Positions 24,201 to 37,200 of a stretch of 64,000 nucleotides of DNA are shown in pieces (position 1 is the first letter of the stretch; each line of letters opens with the position of its first letter). Under the pieces are notes generated by a model, which worked only from the letters and a program-made list of their open reading frames with translations, was not told the origin of the DNA and did not search any database. The stretch is taken from assembly GCA_002633005.1 (NCBI GenBank), contig NMRA01000423.1, positions 122,676-186,675 of the forward strand. The letters are read 5' to 3'. The position numbers and the translations under genes were made by a program. The stretch comes from Phoronis australis. Its lineage: Eukaryota; Animalia; Phoronida.

Positions 24201-27200
24201 ACTGCGTGTTCTTCAAAACTAACCTGGACAGCCACCAGTGTTGCATGACCGTGATCTTGAGCTATTTCCGGAGCAGGAAGAGCCGCCAAATGCTGGCGTG
24301 GGATTAGTGCACGTCCTTGTCGCTGACTGCGATCCACCTCCGCAAGAAACACTGCAAGGCATCCAATTACTCCAGCCAGACCAACTGCCATTCACTGTAA
24401 ATGTAAAGTGTCCCTTTGAAACAAATGGAAAAGTGTCAATTCAAATTCTCCTATCGTAAAATAATAGTAAGGAAAAAATTGTCGCTGCAACAGACAAATT
24501 CATATTTGTAGAATATATAACACGATTGAAGGCGGAGCCTTGGTTGCGGGCCAAAGCCAACAATTGACCTATCGCCAGGATTTTGAGTGACGACTTAACA
24601 GACCATTTAGAACGCATCATTATTGACACACCTTCGTTTCCAAGCCGCCATTTTACCCGACAAACAACACGTTGCACGTTAAAACTTATTTTTTGTTAGT
24701 CGACATTATGCAAGAGGGCGGAGCTTGCGACAGGTAAATTAGTGTTAAAAACTCCGAACATTTTCATTGTGAATGATACAAGATCTTTTATTACGAATAA
24801 GGTTATTAAAGCAAAACTTGGCAATATGATCGGCACAAGGTTTTTGCCATTATTGAGACGAATCTATGATTTCCTGTCCTTTGAGACCGATCTGCTGCTC
24901 CGGCCACTTTGTGGGCCTAATCCAGCCATACGGCTTGTATGTGGGTGTTAAACTGTGGCCAATAGGTTAACACGCACAGAGTTCAGGGGTCGTTTTATTT
25001 TCAACTTCGGTTCCTGTCTGCGCTGGATATTTGGAATATTGCGTTAAGTCTTTCGACTTGGTCGACTCGACAACATGTAAGTTTTTCTTGCGCGATGTGT
25101 TGAACGCAGAGTCCATTTGCAAAGCGAATATCCACTTAAAATCAAAACAGAATAACAAACATCTAATCAAAATGTGTCGATGTTGATGTCGTTGTTAACT
25201 GGCGAAAGACTGGACAGTCAGTTACGCTGTTCTGTTACTTTACTGTACACGCAAACACTGTCGCGAACGATGAAAGGGGGGGTTGGCTATCTCGTCAGGT
25301 TGAACATGCTGATCATTTTTACAAAAAAAGGACTCGAACAAAGTCTGATTAGGTTGTTTGTTGTCGGTGACTACCGACGATAAACTTCTTATGCTGTGAA
25401 TGAAAATGCGAAAGAAGAAATCGAAGCTAGAATTTTCAACTATCTGACCGCCATTTTTCAGTCCACTCAGGATGGTTACTAACGGTTACATTTTGAATTT
25501 TGTGACAAACTACGGCAAAAAGGTTGACGCATTGCTTTGAGACCTTCTACACTGTCACAATTAAGGGATAATGTGTGTCCACCGACCATGCTTGGCCAGC
25601 CTTCCTCCCTGCTTGAGGAATTTTGGAAGTATGTGTAATATATTTGTTAACTATGCAATATAGACAACAAGATTTTTCGTGTGCACCATAGACATCATAA
25701 TAATATGATGTCTATGGTCTACACCTATGTGATCACGTGATCAGTTGTTATTTTATGTATAGCTTCGGTGACAATATATCAGATGTATTCAGCTTCAACA
25801 TTCTCGCACGAACCGACAACAAACATCTCCCCAGCAATGAACACGAGTAAAAAACAGCTTCCTTTCCAGGCGTGATCAGGTCTCACAAAAAAACAAGACG
25901 CGAAACAGAACCACATGGTACAAAAATTAATACTGCACTCAACCAAACAAAAAATCGAGTGGAAAAAAGAACTGACCCGGATTTCGCCGGACATGCGTTT
26001 TGATGCCATTAGCATGTCAGCAGCGTGTTTCATAAATTAAGCCCTCATGGTTATGTTGGACCTTACCAACATGACTGTGCATTAGCTCAAGAACATAAAG
26101 CAAATTTACTGTTAGTAAAGGTTCATACTTGTTCAAAGTAGTCCGTCATTACATGTGTCACAAGTGTATGCCTTTTCATTGAACTTTAGTAAAAGAGAAA
26201 GTTACATTCACGGCAAAACAATGACGTCAACAGCATGACCAAATGTAGTTGATATTAAAAGCTGAAAGATGAAGTATAAAATCTGTTTTAAAGTTTCCTA
26301 AATTATTTTTTCTTTTTTGTTTCAGGAAACTTTGAACCTTTCATTCAAATTCTATCAGCCCTCTATGAGATATGATGTTCTGATAATAGGAAAATCTATG
26401 ATTTCACATGACGCTAAGTACAGATATTTAGACGAATATCTACATATATTTGTAACAGTAAAAGAACAAATTTTTTCAAAGTAATTTTTGCCAATCTGTC
26501 ACGAGACCATGTATTTGACACAAATTTAGCAAAGAAGAACATGACCAAATAATCGTTTAATATAAATATTCAAGATAAAATCGCAGAACGCTACATAACT
26601 ACAGTTCCCTGTTTTTGTTGTTTTCGTTTTCGTTTTCGTTTGATGCAGCTTTTCATAGCTTCTTTCATAAGTATAATTTAAGTCAGAAATTTATAGTCCC
26701 TTACACAAAAATGGAATATATCAAAAAACAATTCCTGCCAGCGTTTTGGAGATCAGCGTGTGAAGCATGCTATCTGTAAGTTTTATTTGAGTCTCTTCAG
26801 TCATTTCTGAGATTTCCCGAAGTTGGTCAAAAGTTCCTAATTTGACTTTTGGTAATTTGGATCGTCATATCTCTGAAATGGCAGGTTGGACTCTAATGAA
26901 AGTTTCAGACACTATTTTTAAAGCATTGTTCTCCAAAACATCATTAAAAGGTGTTCTTAAAATGCTTAATGAAGACCGTCTAGTGATGTTTGTGAAAAAC
27001 ATTGCATACAACAATAGCAAAATGACAATTTTGAAAACTCTAACAGCGTTTTGAGATTTCACTGTGAACATGCATATTAGAAACGAATTTTGGTCAAGTT
27101 GTTGATATCGTAGTGTTGCTATGATTGTACGCGTACCTTTCTTGTTTGTTAACTTTTGTTAAACAGACACACTGAAGTGATCCAATTAATGAAAATTGGT

Positions 27201-28111
27201 GAAAATTCAAACATCAAACTCTGCAAGCTTTTTATTTCAACATATACACTTTATTGGGTTAAAATCACCACTTTTTATGTATTTGGCTGATTGCAGTAGT
27301 CAATAAGGTTCCACATCACCTTAAATACATTTTGCAAACATTGTATATACATGTTCACAAACATAATTCAATACCATAATTATGATCGATCCGAATCATT
27401 GAAAAAATCATTACGACACAGTAAGTTTAGGTCACGAGAACTGATGTGGCCTTGTGATTGGAACCTTACAGACGCGCTTCAATGGCATTCGTGTAAGATT
27501 ACTGAATTTGTGGCAACTGTGAGAAGTGCATTCTTTGCATCAATACATCTGCAGATTTTTCTTGAGTTGAACTTACCCTTAGGTTGAATTTCAGCTCTTT
27601 CAAGAAAAGATTGGAGTAGGGCAATCATGTGTTGCACTGATTCTTTGTGGTTTAACGCAGACCGAAGTTGGCTCTCTATATAGTCAAGCCGTATCTGAGT
27701 CTCTTTCTTTAAGGTGTCAAGTTGCGACTTTGTCTCCCGCGACTCGTTTTCACATTCGTTTAGTCGAGTTTGCGTCTCGTTCATCAGTCGAAGGTCATCA
27801 CAAAGAGAGTAGATCCTTTCGGAGTGACTACATGTCACGTGAATATTCCTTTGAACAAATCACAGCTTTCAGGAAAACACACTGCAGTACATACACTCAA
27901 ACCACTTCATATCTTATCGAACATTAGTTATTTGTGCTGAAATATTAAATATTCAGTTTTGAACTTTGAAAACAAATACAATCACCTGAACATCAATGTT
28001 TTTCGTTGACAATATCGGGACGGCGTTGGAACTTCCAACTGGTGGTCGTGTAATTGAAATAAAAAGAAAGGACAGAAAATTAAAGGAAAAGAGATTCGCT
28101 GGCAAATACAT
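18000..28111 (-). CDS. Spliced gene: signal peptide + coiled-coil + 2xTSP1 + fibrinogen-related domain (ficolin/tachylectin/angiopoietin-like FReD protein); possibly a disrupted allele
   Basis: Minus-strand exons: 28111-27986 (tentative), 27848-27577, 24394-24224, 22344-22174, 21147-21020, 20637-20541, 18937-18773, 18253-18000 (TAA). Phases are consistent from 27577 onward. FReD motifs: [57 protein letters not shown]. Confidence 0.8.
18773..18937 (-). CDS. FReD internal exon
   Basis: [55 protein letters not shown]; phase 1-1. Confidence 0.9.
20541..20637 (-). CDS. FReD internal exon
   Basis: [33 protein letters not shown]; tag| acceptor, |gtaagt donor. Confidence 0.9.
21020..21147 (-). CDS. 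FReD first exon
   Basis: [42 protein letters not shown]. Confidence 0.9.
22174..22344 (-). CDS. TSP1 exon (171 bp, phase 1-1)
   Basis: [56 protein letters not shown]. Confidence 0.9.
24224..24394 (-). CDS. TSP1 exon (171 bp, phase 1-1)
   Basis: [56 protein letters not shown]. Confidence 0.9.
27577..27848 (-). CDS. Coiled-coil exon of the FReD gene (5' part apparently disrupted)
   Basis: [49 protein letters not shown]...; strong g|gtaagt phase-1 donor matching the TSP1 exon. Confidence 0.65.
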
Positions 28112-31100
28112 GTGCCGGATTCGCCACCGTCGTCGGATTCTTCTCTGAACCAATGCTTAATATTCCTACTTGGCACTGTGCATCAGTGGTCGCCAACTCA
28201 TATCAGTTTCCTTACCCATACACTACGAAACCAGGGAACGCTACCGTGCAAATAAGGAACAGCAATGCACTCATCCTGTGTCAACTATAGCAGATGGAGT
28301 TTAGACTCTGCTACGCTAAAAGCAGCGTCCAGGTTTAAGTACACCTTCGATGGAATACAGGTTGGTGTGAATGTTTGTTGTTATAGCGTAACGTTTGCGT
28401 GAATTGGGTGTACGGAAAGTTTTCCAGTCAATATACATATGTATCTTGCTAAGAAACTATGACACCCAAATTTTCCAAATGATGCATGTGAGCTTAATTG
28501 GGTGAAAGAATATTTTTGGGGCAATCGTGGGAACAAAATGGTAACTGAATCTAATGAACGTGTCAAACGATATTTGTTTTGTTAAATGGGGTGGTTTTGC
28601 TTAGGGATCGTCTATACATCTTGTAATTAACGCCATTTTAAAGTGGTAACTGAATGTTCGCTATTTTCAGATTCCCTCCTACACTCTGATTTCCACACAC
28701 ACATTTTCTAAAAAATGGTTACGTTGGCCTAAAATCCCTTTTCCCAGTGTAAAACGTTTGCACGTTTTTGAAAAGCTCGTGATCATTGACGATACTTTTT
28801 AATCAATGTGACTTCCTGCCTCCACGAAAAGATCGGCTTGTCTCGGACATTATGACTTTAATGCTCGTCCTTAAATGAATTCTCCTCTTTCGCGGAGGTA
28901 CATGTAGAAAAACGCATTGCACGACTGGCAAACTTCAAAATATAAAAACAACACGCTGCACTTATATTTGCTCTTTTCGCCAATTTCTTAGTGAAAAAAT
29001 TGTACCTCAAAATACAGTAGTATAAATTTGTCTGCATTAAAAAAAATCGAACACGTGTTAATTACGATAAGAGATACTAACTGGCGCATTTGCCTATGAA
29101 GAAACTGGACAAGTGTTTGACACATCTGTTCATAGCTCCATCTGTTGTGTTCTGGGTAAACACCTTAGAATGGGAAAACCAGGAGGGGTCTATTTTCTGA
29201 CCTGAGGGGAATATCCGGACTTTTAACCTGGCGTCAGCAAACATTGAACCTCAGCGGTATTTAAACTCTTTGCTAGTACGCAGAAAATTAATCCTGTTTG
29301 CAGCCTTTGGCTGAAATAAAATCGGACATTCGAAGAATTAGTTAATGTGATTAAAAGAAAATTAAATTAGGCAAACTAAAATTGTCCACACCTCGTCTGT
29401 GACCTAAGCCACTTTTCCCGCTGTGCTGTATAAAATCAAAACCCTGCCATTTGTGGTTGGCACGCGTTAAAATGCTGACCATAAGTGTGAACTCGCAAGG
29501 TGGAGGGTATTCCTGGAAATTTGGGGTGTAAAATGGAATATCGGCTGTGAACATTGTGAGCAACAGAGAACAGGTGGCCAGTTCATAACTAAGTATTCTG
29601 GAAGTAGGATTTGAGCTTTGAGGCGCTTCAGTGTCGCAGACTGAAGTCTCCTGATACTGGCGGTTGATTAATAATTAAAAAGAATTTAAATGAAAAATCA
29701 TGGCACATGGCTGTTTTTCTAGGCATCGATGACTGATTAACGCAAAAATTTTGGAAGTCTGTGGTTTGGTTGCGAAAAAATAAGCGAAACTCCGGAAACA
29801 CGTACTGAAATTAACGTGAATTCAATCTTGAACGATCAGGAGGCAACGCTGTTTAATTTTTATTAAACCTTTCGTTTTTCTGTAGTTAATCAAAATACCT
29901 GTAAACCGGAGAAACCACGGTTTGCATGTTTGCGATCTAATTGGCAATTGGATTTCTGTTCTTTTCCCGTCAACAAAATGTGTCCGATTAATACTGTCTG
30001 ATCGGTGGACGAGCTTATCCCTGTGACATTCAAGGAAAGACAGTTACTATATTTACACGATTGCGTTTTACAGCAAAATATTTTTAGATCGTATACATAC
30101 CGGCTCAGACCAATATCCCGATCACAGTCTTCAAAAAACGCAAAAACTAGAAGGAAATTTGCATCTTTTTCCACTCTGCCAAACAGAATATTGTGCATTA
30201 GTCAAAACACTTCAAAACATTTCTTATGTCCACACGATCATACATGTATGTTATCGCATAGTTTAGGCCCCTGTTTTCTTTGTAAACAATGTCGTGGTCC
30301 CAAAAATGTCGTCAAAATATGGGACAGAAAATTCATAAGTTATAAGATGTACATGTAATTCATTGTCTCCGTTCTATAAGCAAAAATTTCACGTTGGAAA
30401 TGCAGTGGCCAATGTCTCCCTACAATCTGACACAGTGCCACCTATACTGAAAAGTGGCCCCGTGGAAACATGATCAGCGACACACGAAATCCGTGTGTGT
30501 GCATCAATGCGCATGCTTGGTCGGAAGTTTACCCATCACATCGCCACCACTTGCACACGCCTTCTATGCACAGAACTTGTTTGGGCATAAGCCACTGGAT
30601 CGGGGGTTTGCTTGATCTTGTTTACTTCGATCACAGCCCGTTTTAATAAATTACAACTATTCAAGTCAAAGGTAGTCGCCAAACTACGTAACATGAAAGG
30701 TTATAGATCGGTCTTTTGTGTTGTTATGCAACAAAATGGAGATTCTCATCTCGCCGGTTTTTTGTTAGTATGAAAACTCGCAATTCATCGGATATGTTGT
30801 TTGTGATTGCTGATGTGTACCTTTACACGTGTATGTCCAAATCACTGAGTTATCTCAAGTTCCGTTATCGGTGTGACCTTTATAACATATTCCAGTGTGA
30901 CCAGTCAGTCATCCCGGATAACGTGTCATAAACAAGCCGGTGTTGGGAATTCATGCAACTGGATCGTGTTGTCGTATGCACCGGCTCTACGAAAGTCCTT
31001 ACGGTCTTGACCATCGTCTATTGGACATGACAGTCCCTGTCCACTTCACCGCTTTGAAGTTCAACGTAGAAAATGGCATTCGTGAATATTCTTTTCTACG

Positions 31101-31173
31101 GAATGAATAGAAGTAGCGGGATCGTCTGAATGCTTAAAGACTATAACAGGAGTTAATTATCCCGTAAAGAGAA

Positions 31174-31230
31174 ATGGTTCTCTGTCAGAGTTTTGGAATG
31201 ATCGTCGTGTGGTTTGGTGCTTCTATTCAG
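31174..31230 (+). CDS. TNFR-like gene signal-peptide exon
   Basis: MVLCQSFGMIVVWFGASIQ followed by a cag|gtatgc donor. Confidence 0.65.
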
Positions 31231-34200
31231 GTATGCCGCTACTTTTAAGTTGGGACTAACGAGGACCGTAGAGAGTGGTGGTTTGCGCTTAATGATACCT
31301 TGAGGTAATGGAAACAGTTCAATAACTGTCAGTAAAAGTCAAGAATGTTGCCGTATATGGCCGACAAATAGATAAAAGTAGTAGATTATAACTCTCTGAA
31401 TTGGGCCGACAGAGCTGACTGTCTTTACAATCTGATCTCAGCTCGCCTCCCCGCAGTGGTAGGTCAGTGAACGTCTATACAATGATGATGGTCACAATAC
31501 TCACAGACTGCATTAGGTCATATTCCATTGTAGGTGACGTATAAATCAGTACATATTCCCACTAGCCCGTAGCCAGCATTCATTGAGCGAGAGGTCGACA
31601 CTATAAAGAACGGGACTCGAATTCGGACTTAATGTTGTCCAGAAAGAGGTTCTCGAGTTACCTCCTGCCAAACTTTCAAATCAGGCTTGTTTGAATGAGT
31701 GATTACACCTCGTTACATACTCAGGCGGAAATATTTTGTCTGGGTTGTGTTTTTGCGTGTTACGTAAGGTGCTTACAAGTACATCACTGGAAATGGGAAC
31801 ATCCCACTATTCCGAAGGTTCATTACTTCGAAAGTTCACTATTCCGAAGGTTCACTTAGCGAAGGTTCTCTAGTTCGAAGGATTTACTACACGTCCGATT
31901 AAAGTTCGCTACTCCGAAAATATCAAAAATTTTGGATGAGGTGTAATTTTTATACTTTAACATTCAAAACTAAACGATACTTCGGTTATTAGATGCACTG
32001 AGTGGTTTGCATATAGCGAAAACAACGCCCAGGTACTAAAACCAATTGTTTAGATTTCATGCCCGCATGTCTTACGAATAGGGAAAACGAGTTCGCATTT
32101 GCATTTGTAAACGAATACGAAGTAGGAATATTCATGAATCATGAACCGCGATACAATTATAAACGCATGTCTAGATCGCACCATTTCACAGTGCGCACAC
32201 GGCGGCCGGTTCGAAACTAAATGTACCCTCTGACACAGCGCCACCTATACTGAAAAGTGGCTCTGTGGAACACCTGGTGGCTAACATATCAGTTTAGGCT
32301 AACTTTTTACAACTTTTAAATTCAAATTCTTACTAAAACGTGCAAGTGTATTTTTGGAAACGTTTTTGAAATTGACTTTTGAACATCTGTAGATGGGTTT
32401 AATGCAAAGTTCCCGTTGCCCCCCAAAAGTAGCCACGAGGTGAAAGATAGGAGAGCTGGGGACTATGGCCTATAAATTTCAGCGGAGGTTTCGTGAATTT
32501 TTTTGAAAAGCGGTACAAAAGGCGCGCGAGTAAGGGTAAGCAAAATTTGAAACAACAAAGAATGAATAAAAAATGTTGCATCATTTTGCTCGTGTGTGTT
32601 TTTTTCTTTTTTGAAAAAAGTGAGTAACTACCGCACCACAAATTATATTAAACAAAAAACACAGACCAGCGGTCAACAATGCTTTTGGATTACACAACAA
32701 CTCATACACCTGTTTCAACATAATGGATCACGCCACAGTTGAAATTAACTGACATATCATATTACATTTTACAGGTTATAACGTCAATAAACCCATGTAC
32801 CTCATGTCCGCCGGGAGAGGGCGTAGGAACGCAATGCAAATCAGCTTCGTCATTCGTGGATACGGTTTGCATCCCTTGTGTTTCTGGTCTGACATTCTCC
32901 AGCGACAATTCAGCGGTAGATAAGTGCAGCAAGTGTTCTTCGTGCAACATTGGATATTTTCCATTAAAACCGTGCACCGTATATCACGACGTTGTGTGTG
33001 TTCCATGTCTCTCGGCTTACCAACAGTATGACCTTAAAGAGGAGCACAGCAAGTACTGTGGCCAAGATCCAGAGTACAACGTGTATATTTCAGGAGCAGC
33101 TTCAGTACGCGAACAAAGTGAAGCTGGCGACAGCAGAAACAATTGTGAGTTGCATCTTTGCAGATTCCACCTCGTGTATAGGCCTATATATGCAAAATGT
33201 AATCATATTTCGCGCGTCAGTCTGGAGCAATTCCGGAGGTTGATATTACCAGGGCGCTGCAATCGTGTATCCTATGCATTGTGGGACGGTTATCCACGCC
33301 ATTCTATCACGCTGAAATTAAATACTTCAATACTATTAAAGCGCAAATTAACAATCAGGTTACACTTCCCCAAGCTATATGTGGTGTCATCCGATGTTTT
33401 CCAGCCGACAATTGTCGCCCACCATACGTTTGGAAAACAACATCAGAGCCATACAGAATGCAGATGAAATCCTCTGAATTCCTCTGCGATCCATGATTCT
33501 TATGATTTGATAGACTTCCGTAAATCTGCAGGAAATCCCGGACTATCCAAAGCGAAATTTTAATTACGCGTAATTTGCCTGTCATGCTTCATGCGCTTGG
33601 GGATTGTTAAACTGGATAAAATATCAATAACAGTTAATGTATTTTGAAATATTTCCTATTGGGTGTATGCGTTTTTGGTTTGGTTAGAAATGAACATGAG
33701 GGACTTGAACCAACTTTCCGGTAGCGAAATACCACACCGGAGTGTGGCCCTCTTTCCGGCACGTCCCAGGGCTCGAAGTTCAGTTCTGTAATAAAATCAA
33801 ATCTCATAACAGGCTATCGATTACAAACATTTTTGCGTTTATAATACAATCAAATTCATGAACTTTTCTAAACGACTAATGGAACATGACGGAACGAATG
33901 CGACTGAATATTTTATTCCTCTCCATTTATCGGAGGACCTGGGCCCGCGGTATAATCTTTGTATTGAAAACCGAACTCGACATTTTCCTTTCTATACTTT
34001 AGTGAAAATTCAATTGTCTACGCTATGGCCCCAGTCTCAGTTGGAAATTGAACTCGAAATTTCGAGGTTTTACGTTAAATTTCGAGTTTTTACTCGGATT
34101 TGTTGCTCGAATCTAGGGGTCATCACGTGCAAACCTGCACCAGGAATCCATACACTTATACTTGTGCCCCAACTCAGAATAACTAAACAACCTTGAGTTC

Positions 34201-37200
34201 GCACAAAAGTATAATAGAAAATGCGAAAAATAATTTTGAGTTCGATTTCGGGGCCTTGGATTATGCTGTCTCAAAGGTTATGTGGGACCCAAGAAAATGT
34301 CCAACTATTGGCTAATCTTCGGAACATCGTATCATAGGAATGGTTGATCGTATTTATATGAAACTCACAGCTACAATGTACTATGCCTAGTGCTGTGATG
34401 AGCTTGTAGGAAGTATCCTTGGAATTCTATTCTTTTGCATGAGGGGCTATGAATATATGATCTTTCTGTTTTTTATGAAAAAAATCAAAAATTGCATAAA
34501 ACGAAAACGAAATGATTAAAAAAAAAACGTAAGAGCGTTTTTTGAGATTTCATTTTGGATATTTATATGAAATGAAATTTGTTCACATTATTGGTATCGT
34601 TGTTTTGCTATCAATGTACCTTTATTTATTTGCTAGATTTTACCAAAAAGACACGGTCACGTGAGCCTATTAAAAAGTAAATAATCAAATTCTACAGGCT
34701 TTCCACGTTCAGAAGATATAATATCCTTTTACTGGATTTAAAAACAATTCAGTGTAGATATTTTGCTCAATACATAGACATGACAATAAGCTTCATACAT
34801 TATGCGTATCATTGTGTCATACATTATGCGTATCATTGTGTCATACATTATGCGTATCATTGTGTCATACATTATGCGTATCATTGTGTCATACATTATG
34901 CGTATCATTGTGTCATACATTATGCGTATCATTGTGTCATACATTATGCGTATCATTGTGACACTGATTTGTTTCTATTGCCGCCTGTATTAGTGACACA
35001 AAGAGGGAGCAGGGGAACCAAGGACGGTGAAAGCCTTGCTTCTCAAGAAGAGTCCTCGGGGGTAAGTAAACACTGAACATTGACTTTATAATTGATAAAA
35101 TTAAAAGGATTTGCTTACGATACGTGTTGAAATAAAATCTAGTATCCGTATCTTTCGCAGTTTTCGCTAAATGTCAAGTTTGGTGGCTTCGACGCAGTTT
35201 ACACAGCTTTGGAGATTTTCAATGAATGGGAAATATTCTGAATAAGAACTCTTTAGCGTTGCAAGAACACACCAGCGTTTTTTGTTTGATCCAATTTCTG
35301 GTTCTGGTGTACAAGATGGACCGAGTTGACAGGGATGACGCATCTCCTTTCATTCATGGACGAGATATTGGACATTCACTTGTGCCAGTCTTTTTAAACA
35401 TCCTACCGCTCAACGGTGGCAATTTGATGACACGCTGGTCACAAACGTTGGAAAATTATGCGTCTGTAAAACGCTTTTAACCACCTACGTCCTTTCGAAG
35501 CGCCCTCTGAGCCAAGGGGCCGGGTTCTAATCTTTGTACTCGAAATTAATCTCGAGATTATTGTTGACAATTTTGTTTTACTTTTGTGTGATGTGAACTC
35601 AGGATAAGTGTCTGCCCACAAGCGTGCATGCATATCACGTTTATGCTGATGAGCACTAGTCCAAAATTACACTTGATAACTCCTCGATCTGAGCTACAAA
35701 CTCGAATAAAAACTCGACATTTCGAACAAAAACTCGAAATTTACAATTCAGACTCGAAACTGTAGCATTAATACTGGGGTCATCACGTACAAGCCCGGGT
35801 TAGTCAGTCGACATCAAAGCCTTAGTATACTCAGCACAAAAGTAGCACGAAATTCGATTTCGAGTACAAAGATTAGATCTCGTGCCCAGAGTAGCGCTGC
35901 AAAGGTGCAACGCCATGACACCACAAAATTAGGGTGTGGAACGCCACCTTGCGTGCCCAAGTTAATCTTGCTCTGTGAACACCACTCATGGTGTCTTGAG
36001 CGTTTCCGGTCTGGCCCTCTCACCAAGCAGCAGCTGCTGCTGCGCCACGACAATGAGCGGACTTTACGCAGCGGAAAGGGCAACAATTATGTAAAAATAA
36101 AATTACTATTTTCTATATTCAGTGCTATTTGATAAATTCAATCTTATTTAAAATAAACTTCAATCCTGTTTTGAATATTCAACCCAATCGTATAAATTCA
36201 ATTCTATGTTGTAAATCCAATACAATTTTAGCACTTTAACTTAAGAATTAATTTTACATATAATTAATAACATCGCGTTGCTTACAGTAACTACCATAGC
36301 AACTAGTGCGTAAAAACTCGCGTGTTAAGTTTTCCGAAGAATGTTAATATTTTAATAACCACATTTTGCTGTTTTAGGAATCAGGTGAAGGCAACCCAAC
36401 ATTTACCATAATAATTGCGTCCATGGGCAGTTTCCTCGTCGTCATTTGTGTTGCTGTCATTGTTCATAACAAGCGAAAAACAATAGTTCGTCGTTGTAAC
36501 AAGGTGGGTGTCTTTGCATAATGGGTTAGATTTGCTATGCGCATGGACATCGCGGAATAATGTTACCCTAAAATTATAGACGAACCACATAAGCTTTCAC
36601 TTTTCAGTAGATGAACAACATATGCCTCTGTGTCTGTAGCGCGTGTAGCGACATCTGACGTCCCAGATGCTTGAATGAAAAATGGCATTAAAATGACCGG
36701 CAGCGCAAAATCGTCCTGTAAAGGAAATCTTTGGACTTTCTCATTAGCCAATCACAAGACAGACATATCTGTGGGATATGAGATGTTTGTTAGAATTGAG
36801 TGTAGTTTTAGCTTTTAGAAATGATGAATGAAACATATAGGTCTATTTTTGATTTAGCAAAGATAACGATTTTAAGAAAAAAATCACGGTTTTGTATTTG
36901 CAAGCTTTCTTTCCATCTGTGTAGTACCAGTACGCTTCGTCTGGGATAAAATCTATTAATTCACAGGATGTCGTACAGGGTGTATGTGAAGAATTCTTTG
37001 ATTGAGAGATAGTGATGATTAGTTCAAAGGCAACCATGTGTGCCTTAAGTCGATCTGGGTCACAAATTAAAGTTACCTTTATTTATTTACCTTGTTATAC
37101 TGTAAATGCATTGAAATCGCAATGAACAGTCGGGCTTGAATTATAGAAGTGATTTTAACCTTTTTAATTCTTGTGAAGTTTTGCTCTATCTTTAATAGCG

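Noticed and set aside
33145-33467. C-terminal half of the 242-aa ORF 32739-33467
   Set aside because: It is read-through beyond the gtgagt donor; downstream stalk, TM and tail exons join in phase.
34738-35076. 24-bp repeats as a CRISPR array or repeat protein (YDTMIRIM/HYAYHCVI)
   Set aside because: The units are head-to-tail with no spacers, there are no cas genes, and the context is a eukaryotic intron.
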